Source: an uncultured Verrucomicrobiae bacterium (GTDB taxonomy: Bacteria; Verrucomicrobiota; Verrucomicrobiia; Chthoniobacterales; UBA10450). Taken from it: DNA of 64,000 bases. Where the stretch lies: assembly GCA_963726745.1 (NCBI GenBank), contig CAVSDR010000006.1, positions 480,001 through 544,000 on the forward strand, read 5' to 3'. Position numbers and translations under genes: made by a program. The stretch's first letter is position 1. Each line of letters opens with the position of its first letter. The notes under the pieces are model-generated. The model worked only from the letters and a program-made list of their open reading frames with translations, was not told the origin of the DNA and searched no databases. Shown piece by piece: positions 39,389 to 50,007 of the stretch.

Positions 39389-41133
39389 GAGCGTCCTTTC
39401 CGCGACCGTTTCCCGGGGAGCGCGACCTTCTCAATCGCCGGCGCCGGCTGCCGATTATTCTGCCACAGCTGCAGAATCGTGAACAGGTTCTGGGTCGTGT
39501 AATACAATGCCAGTGCCGCCGCGAAATTGTAGCAAAAAATCAAGAAGATCAGCGGCATGAACATCATCACGCGGCGCTGCATGGCGTCGCCCGTGTTCGG
39601 GGTCATGCGCATGAGCCAGACGTTGGTCGCGCCCATGATCAACGGGAGAATATTGATCGGCCAGCCGAGCCCGGGGAGGTGCGCGATCGTGTCCGGTTGC
39701 GCGAGATCGTGCACCCACAGGAAGGAGGCATTCCGCAATTCCGCGGCCTGCCCGAGCATGGAGAAGAGGCCGAAGAAGATCGGGATCTGGATCAGCATCG
39801 GGAGGCAGCCGCCGACCGGATTGACCCCGTTCTCCTTGTAGAGCTTCATCACCTCCTGGTTCATCCGGGTGGGATCGTCCTTGTACTTTTCCTTAAGCGC
39901 CTGCATCTTCGGCGCGAGCGCGGACATGCGGCGCATCGATTTGTTCGCCTTGTTCTGCAGCGGCCAGAGCACGCCCTTCACGCAGGCGGTGAGGAGGATG
40001 ATCGCGAGCCCGTAGTTCTTGACCCAGCCGTGGAGGAGATTAAGGAAATTCAGCAGCGCCTGGCTGACCAATTTGAAAAAGCCGAAGTTCATGATCTCGG
40101 CCTGGTCGTGCTCGAGTTTAGCCAGCCGATTGTAGAGTTTCGGCCCGGAGTAGATCTCCACCTGCAGACTGCTCGTTTGGCCCGGTTGCAGGGTAAACCC
40201 CGGCAGCCCGAGGGCGCCTTCCATGCCGTAGAGCGGCGCAGCGTTCTCCCGCGGAATCTCGAAGCGCGTGCCCCAGACAGCGCCGCCCTTGGTGTTCAGC
40301 GGCGTGAGGATGGTGGTGAAGAATTGATTGCTCATCGCGCCCCACTCGGCGCCGGTCACCTTCTCCTCGAAGAACGGCTGCGCGGCGCGCTTCTCGATCC
40401 CGACCAGCGGATAGCTTTGCGCGGCAAACCAGTTCACGTCCGTGCTCTTGGCCTTGCCGTCGAGGCACCAAACGAGGCGGGTGTAGGCGGCCATGTCGCG
40501 CGGATGCAAGGGCGTGGTCGCACCGAGCGTGAGGAAGTAATCAGGGCGCGTGTAGGGCTGCGTGCCGTCGTTGCGGAACTCCACCTCGAGCTGGGTGAGG
40601 TAGTTGTCGCGCGGCGCGGGGTTCGAGGGGAAGGAGTAGCGTTTCCGCACCTGGACGTTGCCCGGGAGTGTGCGCTGAAATTGCACGCTGCCATCCGGCT
40701 GTTTCGCGAGCTGGAATTCGCCCAGGTCTGGCGCGGCCGGCTTGTCGACCAGCGCGGCGATCGGCAGGTGATTCGAGGAATTGAGGACCACGTAGCCCGG
40801 TGGGAGATCGGCCTTGTGATTGAGCAGGTGGACTTCGCTGATCGCGCCGCCGCGATTCGTCAGGCGCAGCTCGACGTCGCCGTTGGAAAGGTTCTCGGTC
40901 TGCTCGACGAAGGACTGCGTCGCGGGCGCAGACTCGGCACCGGGCGCGGGAGCCGCAGCGGGCGCGGCCGGGGCGGCTGAAGTGGTCGGCTCAGCCGCCG
41001 CAGAAGCAGCGGGCGACGGCGAAGCGAGCACGGTCTTCGGCACCACCGGCGCCGGATGCTGGACCATGTAAACCTGCCAGCCGATCAGGCCGAGGACGCA
41101 TAGCGTGACGGCAATCCATGCTTGTCGATCCAT
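39385..41133 (-). CDS. yidC: Membrane protein insertase YidC
   Basis: N-terminal TM, large periplasmic domain, GPK, NYGLAIILLT, GVNPVGGCLPMLIQIPIFF, FLWVHDL. Confidence 0.96.
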   Translation of the reverse strand: MDRQAWIAVTLCVLGLIGWQVYMVQHPAPVVPKTVLASPSPAASAAAEPTTSAAPAAPAAAPAPGAESAPATQSFVEQTENLSNGDVELRLTNRGGAISEVHLLNHKADLPPGYVVLNSSNHLPIAALVDKPAAPDLGEFQLAKQPDGSVQFQRTLPGNVQVRKRYSFPSNPAPRDNYLTQLEVEFRNDGTQPYTRPDYFLTLGATTPLHPRDMAAYTRLVWCLDGKAKSTDVNWFAAQSYPLVGIEKRAAQPFFEEKVTGAEWGAMSNQFFTTILTPLNTKGGAVWGTRFEIPRENAAPLYGMEGALGLPGFTLQPGQTSSLQVEIYSGPKLYNRLAKLEHDQAEIMNFGFFKLVSQALLNFLNLLHGWVKNYGLAIILLTACVKGVLWPLQNKANKSMRRMSALAPKMQALKEKYKDDPTRMNQEVMKLYKENGVNPVGGCLPMLIQIPIFFGLFSMLGQAAELRNASFLWVHDLAQPDTIAHLPGLGWPINILPLIMGATNVWLMRMTPNTGDAMQRRVMMFMPLIFLIFCYNFAAALALYYTTQNLFTILQLWQNNRQPAPAIEKVALPGKRSRKGRS

Positions 41134-41150
41134 ACGCGTCTGATGGCCGC

Positions 41151-41444
41151 CTATTCACAAACCAGGCAGGCGTCCTTACTGGAGGAAAGTTGTGGGCGCT
41201 GCCCGGCGGCGGAGGCTTTCGGCACCGGGTCGTAACCTTGCCCGCCCCACGGCTGGCAACGCCCGAGGCGACGCAAACCGAGCCAGCTCCCGCGAAGCAG
41301 GCCATGCTCCTCAACCGCCCCGAGGAAGTAATGCGAACAGGTCGGCTGGAAGCGGCAACCCGAGCCCGGACCGCCCAAAAACGAGAGCACAGGCGAGATC
41401 GTCCACTGGTAAACGCGGACGAACATGCGGACGAAAAGGAGCAT
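41151..41444 (-). CDS. yidD: Membrane protein insertion efficiency factor
   Basis: YQWTISP, CRFQPTCSHY, RLGRCQPWGGQGYDPVP. Confidence 0.93.
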   Translation of the reverse strand: MLLFVRMFVRVYQWTISPVLSFLGGPGSGCRFQPTCSHYFLGAVEEHGLLRGSWLGLRRLGRCQPWGGQGYDPVPKASAAGQRPQLSSSKDACLVCE

Positions 41445-41812
41445 CAGGGCGCTAGGATAGAAGCGCGCTTTGCGAGGCGCAACCACTCATCTTCCAGCGC
41501 GCGCGAGCTCGCGCGCGCGGCCGCTGGACGGGCGATCAAGACCAGCCAAAACCCGGTGCGCACCCCGTGCTGGTGCCGCCGCACGATCTCGCGCAGGCGC
41601 CGCCGGACCCGGTTCCGCACGACCGCTCCGCCGACGCGTTTACTGGTGACAAAACCGGCGCGGAACGGTGCCAAGGTGTCGGCTAATTCCAGCGTGCCGA
41701 GCACCAGAAAGGCGCCGCGCTGCACCCGCCCTTCCGTGCGCACGCGTGCAAAGTCGGCCGTGCGCTGGAGGCGGCGCTGGCGGGAGAAACGAAGCGGAGC
41801 GGCGGCGGTCAC
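41444..41812 (-). CDS. rnpA: Ribonuclease P protein component
   Basis: GFVTSKRVGGAVVRNRVRRRLRE (RNR motif). Confidence 0.93.
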   Translation of the reverse strand: MTAAAPLRFSRQRRLQRTADFARVRTEGRVQRGAFLVLGTLELADTLAPFRAGFVTSKRVGGAVVRNRVRRRLREIVRRHQHGVRTGFWLVLIARPAAARASSRALEDEWLRLAKRASILAP

Positions 41813-41842
41813 GGCGAAGGTCGGTGGGCCCGACAGTACAGC

Positions 41843-41877
41843 AAAAGTCTTCCCGCAGACGAGCTGCGGGAAGACTT
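41843..41877 (-). terminator. Intrinsic terminator after the lipoprotein gene
   Basis: Perfect 14-bp stem AAGTCTTCCCGCAG (41845-41858) / CTGCGGGAAGACTT (41864-41877), 5-nt loop, short U-run on the minus strand. Confidence 0.75.
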
Positions 41878-41904
41878 CGCAAGAGTTCGGTTTAGCCGAC
41901 GAAC

Positions 41905-42201
41905 TTACTGCTGGCCCGGGGTCGCCGTGGCCGTGGTCGTGGTGCTCTCCGTGGTCGTGCTCATCGCCGGAGTCATCGTCGCCGCCGGAGTCATGGCTGC
42001 CGCCGGGGTGCTGGGAGTGACCACGTGGGTGGTGTCCGTATGCGTGTTGCTGTGCGTGCTCGTCGCCGGGGAAGGATTCACGATCGTCGTGTTATGCTCC
42101 GTCTTCGGCTCTGCCGGGGAGGCAGGGGCCACGGTTTCGGTCTTTTGTTCGCAGGCCGCAAAAAGCGCGGCGCTGGCCAGGATGCAGATATATTTCTTCA
42201 T
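41905..42201 (-). CDS. Small Thr/Pro-rich lipoprotein
   Basis: MKKYICILASAALFAAC lipobox followed by a low-complexity T/P/A tail; AT-rich upstream region. Confidence 0.8.
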   Translation of the reverse strand: MKKYICILASAALFAACEQKTETVAPASPAEPKTEHNTTIVNPSPATSTHSNTHTDTTHVVTPSTPAAAMTPAATMTPAMSTTTESTTTTATATPGQQ

Positions 42202-42305
42202 GTTGTAATTAGGTTTCCCGTTGATGGGTAATATTTCAATCGAAGCGTCAAGGCTATTCGGCCTTCCGCGAGCAGTAATTCGACAGCGGCGAAGCTAACG
42301 AGCGC

Positions 42306-43403
42306 TTAAAAAGCGGCCTCGAAGGGCAGCCCGTGCGCTTCGCCCACCGCCTGCAGAGTCAACCGCCCATCGCGCGTGTTGATCCCGCCGAGTAACGTCG
42401 GCTGGCGCTTGACCGCGCCTTCCAATCCCAGATCGGCGAGCAACTCCACGTAGCGCGCGGTGCTGTTGCTCAAGGCCTGGGTCGAGGTGCGCGCGTAGGC
42501 GCCGGGCATGTTCGCCACGCAATAATGCGTCACGCCTTCCTCCACGTAGACCGGATCGGTGTGCGTGGTCGCGCGCGAGGTCTCGGCGCAACCGCCCTGG
42601 TCGATCGCAATATCCACGAAGACGCTGCCGGGCCGCATCATCCGCAGCATCTCACGCGTGACCAGCTTCGGCGCCTTCGCCCCGGGCACGAGGACGGCGC
42701 CGATGAGAAGGTCCGTGGTCGGCAGCATGTCGGCTAAATTGGCTTCGTTCGAGTAAAGCGTGTTCACGTTCGGCATCGTTAAATCAAGGAAACGCATCCG
42801 CTCGCCGTCCACTTCGAGGATGGTCACATGCGCCTTTAAACCGAGCGCCATGCGCGCGGCATTCACCCCGGAGGTGCCGCCGCCGATCACGACCACTTTA
42901 CCAGGCAAGACTCCGGGCACACCGCCGAGAAGCACGCCGCTGCCGCCATTGTGCTTCGCCAAATAATATGCCCCCATGACCACCGACATGCGGCCGGCGA
43001 TTTCGCTCATCGGTTCGAGCAGCGGCAATTTGTTGCCCACCTGGATGGTCTCGTAGGCCACGCCCGTGACGCCGGATTTCAAGAGCGCGTCGGTTAAAGA
43101 CTTGCTCGCCGCGAGGTGGAGGTAGGTGAAGAGAATCTGCCCGCGGCGCAGCAGCGAATACTCTGCCGGCAGCGGTTCCTTGACCTTCACGATCATCTCC
43201 GCCTGGCGAAACACCTCCTCGGCGGTCTCGATGATTTTCGCGCCCACCGCGGTGTAATCCTCGTCCGGAAAACCCGAACCGACGCCCGCGCTCTTCTGCA
43301 CGAGCACGGTGTGACCGCGGCGCGTGAGCGTCGAGGCGGTGGCCGGTACGAGACCGACGCGATGTTCCTGCTCCTTAATTTCCTTCGGGACGCCGATGAT
43401 CAT
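42306..43403 (-). CDS. ald: Alanine dehydrogenase
   Basis: MIIGVPKEIK..EHRV, VKVKEP, FTYLHLA, PMSEIAGR, DIAIDQGGC, YCVANMPGA. Confidence 0.96.
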   Translation of the reverse strand: MIIGVPKEIKEQEHRVGLVPATASTLTRRGHTVLVQKSAGVGSGFPDEDYTAVGAKIIETAEEVFRQAEMIVKVKEPLPAEYSLLRRGQILFTYLHLAASKSLTDALLKSGVTGVAYETIQVGNKLPLLEPMSEIAGRMSVVMGAYYLAKHNGGSGVLLGGVPGVLPGKVVVIGGGTSGVNAARMALGLKAHVTILEVDGERMRFLDLTMPNVNTLYSNEANLADMLPTTDLLIGAVLVPGAKAPKLVTREMLRMMRPGSVFVDIAIDQGGCAETSRATTHTDPVYVEEGVTHYCVANMPGAYARTSTQALSNSTARYVELLADLGLEGAVKRQPTLLGGINTRDGRLTLQAVGEAHGLPFEAAF

Positions 43404-43436
43404 GCCGTTCCCTTTCGCCTAAGAATTCGCGCGAAG

Positions 43437-43997
43437 CTAGTTCAAAGAGGGATCGTCCGGCGCGGCGGCGAGCATCTTGTACCAAGGCCCGAGGCCGCGC
43501 ATGATCTCGAACCAGAGCTTCGGCAAGTGCGCCGGGTTGAGCGCCGCGCGCGTCGGCTTTTGCAGGATCCACGCGTTCTGTTTCATCTCCGCCTCGAGCT
43601 GGCCCGCGGTCCAGCCGGCATACCCGACAAAGGCACGCACCGCCGTCGGATCGGTCTCGGCAAAACCGTGCGCCTCGGCCGCGTCGACGTTGTGTTTCAG
43701 GCGCAGCCGCCCCGCATCCTCCCACTCGAAAGCGGCAAACATGAGCTGGTTCTTGCCTACCGGTCCGCCCAGGAACACCGGCACTTCCGCGAGCCCTTCG
43801 GGCGCCTCTTCGCTCACCAGATCGCAAACTTGTTTGTCGAGCGGGCGATTCAAAATGACCCCCATGGCGCCGTCCTGCGGGTCGTGAGCCGAGATGAAAA
43901 GGACCGCGCGGCGGAAATTTGGGTCGAGCATGCTCGGGTGCGCCACGAGCAACGAACCTGTGAAGTTCTGCGGTCCTTCCTCCCTCGGATTGCGCAC
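43437..43997 (-). CDS. YqgE/AlgH family protein
   Basis: LLVAHP..DPNFRRAV, GVILNRP, GGPV, GYAGWTAGQLEAE. Confidence 0.9.
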   Translation of the reverse strand: MRNPREEGPQNFTGSLLVAHPSMLDPNFRRAVLFISAHDPQDGAMGVILNRPLDKQVCDLVSEEAPEGLAEVPVFLGGPVGKNQLMFAAFEWEDAGRLRLKHNVDAAEAHGFAETDPTAVRAFVGYAGWTAGQLEAEMKQNAWILQKPTRAALNPAHLPKLWFEIMRGLGPWYKMLAAAPDDPSLN

Positions 43998-44041
43998 GGA
44001 AAAACTAGAATCCCCCGCCGCCTTTTCTGCAAGGAGGAACC

Positions 44042-45091
44042 TCAGCGCCGCCGCACCTGCGCCTCGGCCACGTCAAAGACCGCACCGTCAATCGCGTTCT
44101 CCTGCCAGTCGAGGCTCGTGGCCGTGACCAGCTTCTGCGAGGCCGCCGGGAGCGCCGCAAGCAGGCGGTTCCGCCGGCCGGCATCGAGCTCGCCGAAAAT
44201 GTCGTCTATTAAAAGCAATGGCGGCGCCCCTTCCTCCGCCGCGAAAACCTGCGCCTGCGCCAGCTTCAGCGCGAGGGCCAGCGTCCGTTGCTGCCCCTCG
44301 GAAGCGAATTTCTCTGCCGCCAGACCGTTCACCTCCAGCCGGAGATCGTCGCGGTGCGGCCCCACCACTGTCTGCCGCAGCCGCGCTTCCTGCCCCTGCG
44401 TGCGCGCCAGGTCGGCCGCAAAATCCTCCGCGTTCCCCGGCGCAAAAGTCAGCTGCAACGTCTCCTGCTCCGCGCTGATCCCGGCATGTGCCACCGCGGC
44501 GCCCGGCGCCAGACTGCTCGTTAGGCGCGCGCGCATCCGCGAGAGTTTGTCCCCCTGCTCGAGCAGCGGCAAATCGTAAGCCGCGAGCTCGCGCGGGCGC
44601 GGCGTGGCCGATTTAAGCAGCGCATTGCGCGCCCGCAACGCTCGCTCGTAAGCGCGCAAAGTCGTTCGGTAGCCGGGCTCAATCTGTGTCCCGAGGAAAT
44701 CGAGAAAACGCCGCCGGCCCTCGGCGCCGCCGCGGATCAACTCGATATCGGTATTAGCCAGCGAGACGACCCGCGCGAGCCGCAAGTATTCCCCCGTGCT
44801 CGCCTGCTCCGCTTCGTCGAAGCGCAGCTTCCGGCGCAGCGTGCGGTAGGCAAACTCGAGCGCGTGCCCCTGCCACCGGCCGGCCACCGCGAAGCCCTTG
44901 TGCCCCAGCCTCACCAGTGGCGCGAGCGTTGCGCTCCGCTGCGATTGCAACCGCAAAAGGACGCAAGCCGCTTCCAGGATCGACGTTTTCCCCTGCCCGT
45001 TCCGCCCGATGAAGAAGTTAAAACCGGCCTCGCAGTCGACCCGCAGCGCTTCAAAGCAGCGGAAGTGGCGGAGCTTCAGTTCGGTCAGCAT
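44042..45091 (-). CDS. recF: DNA replication/repair protein RecF
   Basis: GRNGQGKTSILEA, RRRFLD, VGPHRDDL, SEGQQRTLALALKLA, LLIDDIFGELD. Confidence 0.95.
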   Translation of the reverse strand: MLTELKLRHFRCFEALRVDCEAGFNFFIGRNGQGKTSILEAACVLLRLQSQRSATLAPLVRLGHKGFAVAGRWQGHALEFAYRTLRRKLRFDEAEQASTGEYLRLARVVSLANTDIELIRGGAEGRRRFLDFLGTQIEPGYRTTLRAYERALRARNALLKSATPRPRELAAYDLPLLEQGDKLSRMRARLTSSLAPGAAVAHAGISAEQETLQLTFAPGNAEDFAADLARTQGQEARLRQTVVGPHRDDLRLEVNGLAAEKFASEGQQRTLALALKLAQAQVFAAEEGAPPLLLIDDIFGELDAGRRNRLLAALPAASQKLVTATSLDWQENAIDGAVFDVAEAQVRRR

Positions 45092-45305
45092 ACAGGCAGT
45101 CGTTAGGGCAGTTTATCGCACGGGCGGAAAGATTTATCTTTCTTTCTCATTCTGCGTGCACTCGGCAAAAGTTTGATGCAAAATCATGAAATAGGTTGCG
45201 AGCGCGCAGAACTTCGCGTACTTCGTCCGCAGTTTTGGAAGATTGTTCTGGGGGGAACAGCCGCCCTTCATGTCCTTTGGACGTGGGGGGCGGTACTTTT
45301 TTGCC

Positions 45306-45989
45306 ATGAAACAGCCATCGCCGCCGCGCCGTCGCTTCTCCTGGGCACTCGCGTTCACGCTCGTCTTTCTCTTCGTGGCGGTGCTCCTCGCCTGGCTCTT
45401 TTGGCGCGTGGAAACCTGGCCGATGCGCTTCTTCGGCCAAACGAGTGTTGAACTCGAGCGAGTTGCGAATCACGTCGCCACCACTTTCGCCGGGCTGGCG
45501 CAATTGCAGCCGCGAGTCACGATCAACAACCGCGTTTACCTCGAGCAAACCAGCGCCGTGGCCGAGCTCGCGCTGGTTGCGCGCAAAGTCGAGGTCGAGC
45601 GCGAGTTTGAGCACACTTGGGCCGGGAGCACCAAGCGGGTGAAATTACACGGCACTTTCAACGTCAAGGCGGGCTTCGACTTGCGCGAGCCGGTCTCGGT
45701 CGATGTGCGCGAGAAGGCGATCGCCGTCCAGATGCCGCCGGCTAAACTTCTCGGGCTCGAGCAGGAGAACGTGGAGGTCCGCACGATGGAGAACGGCCTC
45801 TGGAATCGCGTCTCCGCCGCCGATCTCGAGGGCGAACTCAAACAGCTCCCGCGGCTGGCGCGCGAGAAAGCCGAGGCCGCCGGCCTAACGAGCGAAGCGG
45901 AGGCCAGCCTCCGCCGGCAATTGCAGGAACGTCTCGGCAGCGAGCGCCCGCTTGAGCTGACCTTTCAGGCGGCCACGCGGAAAGATTAG
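45306..45989 (+). CDS. DUF4230-like single-TM protein
   Basis: N-terminal TM; VKAGFDL..IAVQMPPAKLL pattern. Confidence 0.7.
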   Translation: MKQPSPPRRRFSWALAFTLVFLFVAVLLAWLFWRVETWPMRFFGQTSVELERVANHVATTFAGLAQLQPRVTINNRVYLEQTSAVAELALVARKVEVEREFEHTWAGSTKRVKLHGTFNVKAGFDLREPVSVDVREKAIAVQMPPAKLLGLEQENVEVRTMENGLWNRVSAADLEGELKQLPRLAREKAEAAGLTSEAEASLRRQLQERLGSERPLELTFQAATRKD

Positions 45990-45998
45990 CCAGCAACT

Positions 45999-48900
45999 TC
46001 AAGCCGCGAGCCACCGCGCCAGGCGCTGGCGCAATTCCATCGTCGCCTGCACCCGCAACTCCGCGCCCGCTTGCAGCCTAACGACTGCTCCATCGGCCCG
46101 CTCGAAGAGCAGCTGGACCGCGGTCGACCCGGGCGAGCCGGCCAGGATATCGCGCACGCTTTGCAGATCCGCCGGCGTGGCCGCGGGCGTGAAGCGCAGG
46201 ATCAACGGGGCCGGGCGCGACCCGGATTTGCTCGGGCGCGGGAGGTTGCTCGCTGTCCGGTTTCAGCGGCCGCGCTTTTTGCGCAGTCGCGCGCATGCTT
46301 TCGTCGCGCTTGTCGAGCGTCCCCTGGATCGCGATCACTTTTCCTGGGACCAGCTGCTCCGCGACCTTCACGTAGACTTCGTTCCAGATCACCACTTCCA
46401 GGTTGCCGGTTAAATCCTCCAGCCAGACGACCGCGAACGGTTTCCCCTCGCGCTTGGTGAATTTTTTGTCGACCTGCGCGAGCGCGCCAGCGACGCGAAA
46501 GGTCGCGCGGTCCTCCATTTCCCCTAACGAGGAGATGGTGTGATAGCCACCTGCGGCAATCGTCCGCGCGTAGGCATCGAGCGGATGGCCGGTGACGTAA
46601 AAGCCGAGCAGCTCCTTCTCGAACGACATCATCTCGTGCTGCGACCAGGGCGGAATCGGGACCGAGGTCGCCTTCGAGACCGGCGTCGGCAAATCATCAA
46701 ACAGCGAGACCTGCCCGCTGGCCCGGTCCTTATGCGAGGAGGACGCCGCCGCGAGCGACTCCTCGATGCAGGCGAAAAGCTCCGCGCGCTCGCGCCCGAC
46801 GAAGTCAAAGGCGCCGGCCTTGACCAGGCTCTCGAGCATTTTGCGATTCGCCACGCGCGCATCGAGTCGCCGGCAAAAATCCTCCAGCGAAGAAAACGCG
46901 CCTCCGCGATTCCGTTCGCCGATGGCCGATTCCATCGCCCCTTCGCCGACGTTCTTGATCGCGGCCAGTCCGAAACGGATCGCCATCTGGTCGGCTGATT
47001 TCTCCGGGATGAACTTGAGCGCGGAGCGGTTCACATCCGGCGGCAAAATCGGGATGCCCATGCGTTTGCACTCGCCCACGAAGATCGAAATTTTCTCGGT
47101 GTTGTTGATCTCGTTCGAGAGCAGCCCGGCCATGAACTCGACCGGGTAGTTCGCCTTCAGGTAGGCCGTCTGATAGCTGATCAACCCGTAAGCCGCGCTG
47201 TGGCTTTTGTTGAAGCCGTAGCCGGCAAACTTCTCCAGCAAATCGAAGATCGCGTTGGCTTTTTTCTCCGGGATTTTGTTCGTGGTCGCGCAGCCTTCGA
47301 TGAAGTTGACCCGCTCCTGGGCCATCTTCTCGCGGTCCTTTTTGCCCATCGCCCGCCGGAGCAAATCGGCGCCGCCTAACGAGTAGCCAGCGAGCTTGCT
47401 GGCCGCGGCCATGACCTGTTCCTGGTAGATCATCACGCCGTAGGTCTCGGCGCAGACTTCCTCGAGCAGCGGGTGCTCATACTTGATCTTGGTCAGCCCT
47501 TTCTTGCGCTTGATGTAATCCGGGATGAGCTCCATCGGGCCCGGCCGGTAGAGCGCGATCAAGGCGATGATGTCCTCGATCTTCTGGACATCGAAATTCT
47601 TGCAGAGGCTGGTCATGCCGCCGGATTCCAACTGGAAGACGCCGACGGTCTCGCCGCGGTTTAGGAGCGCGAAGGTCGCCTGGTCGTCGAAAGGGATTTT
47701 CGCGATCGCGAATTCCGGCTCGCGCTGGCGGATCAAGGTCATCGCGTCCTCGATCACGGTCAGCGTCTTCAGCCCCAGGAAGTCCATCTTGAGCAAGCCG
47801 AGCTCGCCCAGCGGGCCCATGTTGTACTGGCTCACGACTTCGTTGTCCTTGCTCCGGGTGAGCGGGATGTAGTCCGAGAGGTTGCGGTCGCTGATGACCA
47901 CGCCGGCCGCGTGCACCCCGGCGCCGCGCGAAAGGCCCTCGAGCACGGTCGCGTAATCCCAGAGCTGGCGGACCGAGGGCTCGCTCTCGATCGCTCGCTT
48001 CAGATCGGGCGTTTTCTCCGCGGCACTAGCCAGCGAGATGTTGAGCTCGTTCGGGATCATCTTCGCGATCCGGTCGGCCTCGCCATAGCTCAAGCCGATC
48101 ACGCGCCCGACATCGCGGACCACGCTCTTCGCGCCCAGCGTTCCGAAAGTCACGATCTGCGCGACCGCGCGCTCGCCGTATTTCCGGCGCACGTATTCGA
48201 TCACCTCGCCGCGGCGCGTCTGGCAAAAATCGACGTCGATATCGGGCGGCGAAACGCGCTCCGGATTGAGGAAGCGCTCGAACAGGAGATTGAACTGCAA
48301 CGGGTCGACATCGGTGATCCCGAGCACGTAGGCGACCATCGAGCCGGCGGCCGAACCACGCCCTGGACCCACCGGGATGCCGCGCTGTTTCGCGTAGTGG
48401 ATGAAATCCCAGACGATCAGGAAGTAGCTCACGAACCCGGTCCGCTCGAGCACATCGAGCTCGTAATCGAGCCGCGTGATCAGCTCGGTGCCGACGCGTT
48501 CGCCGTAGCGTTGATGCAGGCCTTGGTAGCAAAGCTCGCGCAAGTAGGCCTCGCGCGATTTCCCCTCCGGCACCGGGTATTCGGGATACTTCGACTTGCC
48601 GAACTCGAGCTCGAGATTGCAGCGTTCCGCGATCTCGAGCGTGTTCGTGATCGCCTCCGGGTGCTCGGGAAAGAGCGCCCGCATCTCGTCGGCTGATTTG
48701 AAATAAAGTTCCGGGGTGTAACGCATCCGGCGCTCGTCGTGCACCATTTTCCCGGTGCCGATGCAGATCATGACATCGTGCGCGTCGTGATGGCTCCGTT
48801 CGAGGAAATGCACGTCGTTCGCCGCGACCAACCCGAAGCCAAATTCCTTTGCCAGCGTCGGGAGCACGCGGTTGCACTTTGCCTGCGCCTCGATCCCGTG

Positions 48901-49437
48901 ATCGTGCAGCTCAAGGAAGAAATTCTCCCGGCCGAGAATGTCGCGAAACTCCGCCGCGCTCTGCCGGGCCTTGGCCAGATTATCCGACTGGATGGCCATG
49001 TTGATCTCGCCCTTCAGGCAGGCGCTCATCCCGATCAGCCCCTCGGAGTATTGCGCGAGCAGTTCCTTGTCGATCCGCGGGCGGTAATGCATCCCGTCGA
49101 GGTGCGCGTGCGAGATCAGCTTGACCAGGTTCCGATATCCCTGCGCGTCCTTCGCCAGGAGGGTGAAATGATAGGCCGCGTCGCGCATGTTGCTCGGGCG
49201 ATCCTTGATCGAGCCCGGCGCCATGTAGGCCTCGCAGCCGATGATCGGCTTGATCCCCGCCTTGGTCGCTTCCTGGTAGAATTCGATCGCGCCGTAGAGA
49301 TTCCCGTGGTCCGTGATTGCGACCGCCGGCATCCCGAATTCCTTCGCCTTTTTCATCAGCTCCTTCATCCGAATGGCGCCGTCCAGGAGCGAGTATTCGG
49401 TGTGCAGGTGGAGGTGAACGAAGGAGTCGCTGGGCAT
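45999..49437 (-). CDS. dnaE: DNA polymerase III alpha subunit; frameshift near 46205 in the C-terminal tail
   Basis: FVHLHLHTEYSLLDG, GPGRGSAAGS, PPDIDVDF, KMDFLGL, YGFNKSHS; the final domain is in ORF 45999..46205. Confidence 0.97.
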
Positions 49438-49555
49438 CGGGCGTCAGTATAAACCGCGAGCTTTTGGCGGCAACATGCGCGCGCGGCGAAATGGGGGTTG
49501 CGCCACCGCCTAGCCGTTGATAAGACAGCGCGTGCCGCGGTCGCTTTTCCGATAA

Positions 49556-49924
<369 letters not shown>

Positions 49925-49946
49925 TTAGACAACCACTTCAGTCGTA

Positions 49947-49983
49947 GAAGCGTTGAATCGAGGGACCCTCGTTTCAGCGCTTC
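49947..49983 (+). other. Long intergenic RNA hairpin between glnB and glnA
   Basis: GAAGCGTTGAATCGAGG / CCTCGTTTCAGCGCTTC: 17-bp stem with one G-U pair and one mismatch. Confidence 0.6.
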
Positions 49984-50007
49984 GCTGTTTCCAACCCACG
50001 CACTTCT

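Noticed and set aside
41905..42060. Short ATGAC/ACC-rich repeats
   Set aside because: These are the low-complexity Thr/Pro/Ala coding sequence of the lipoprotein tail, not an independent repeat element.
45092..45305. AT-richer spacer upstream of recF as oriC or an ncRNA
   Set aside because: No TTATCCACA DnaA boxes and no convincing stable structure; it is adequately explained as a divergent promoter region.
45999..46260. Programmed frameshift or split at the dnaE C-terminus
   Set aside because: No slippery heptamer or intein motif is visible, and it is one of many similar indels in the window.
49464..49480. Sigma-54 promoter upstream of glnB (TGGCGGCAACATGC)
   Set aside because: The GG-to-GC spacing is 9 nt rather than the required 10, and the match to TGGCAC-N5-TTGC is poor.
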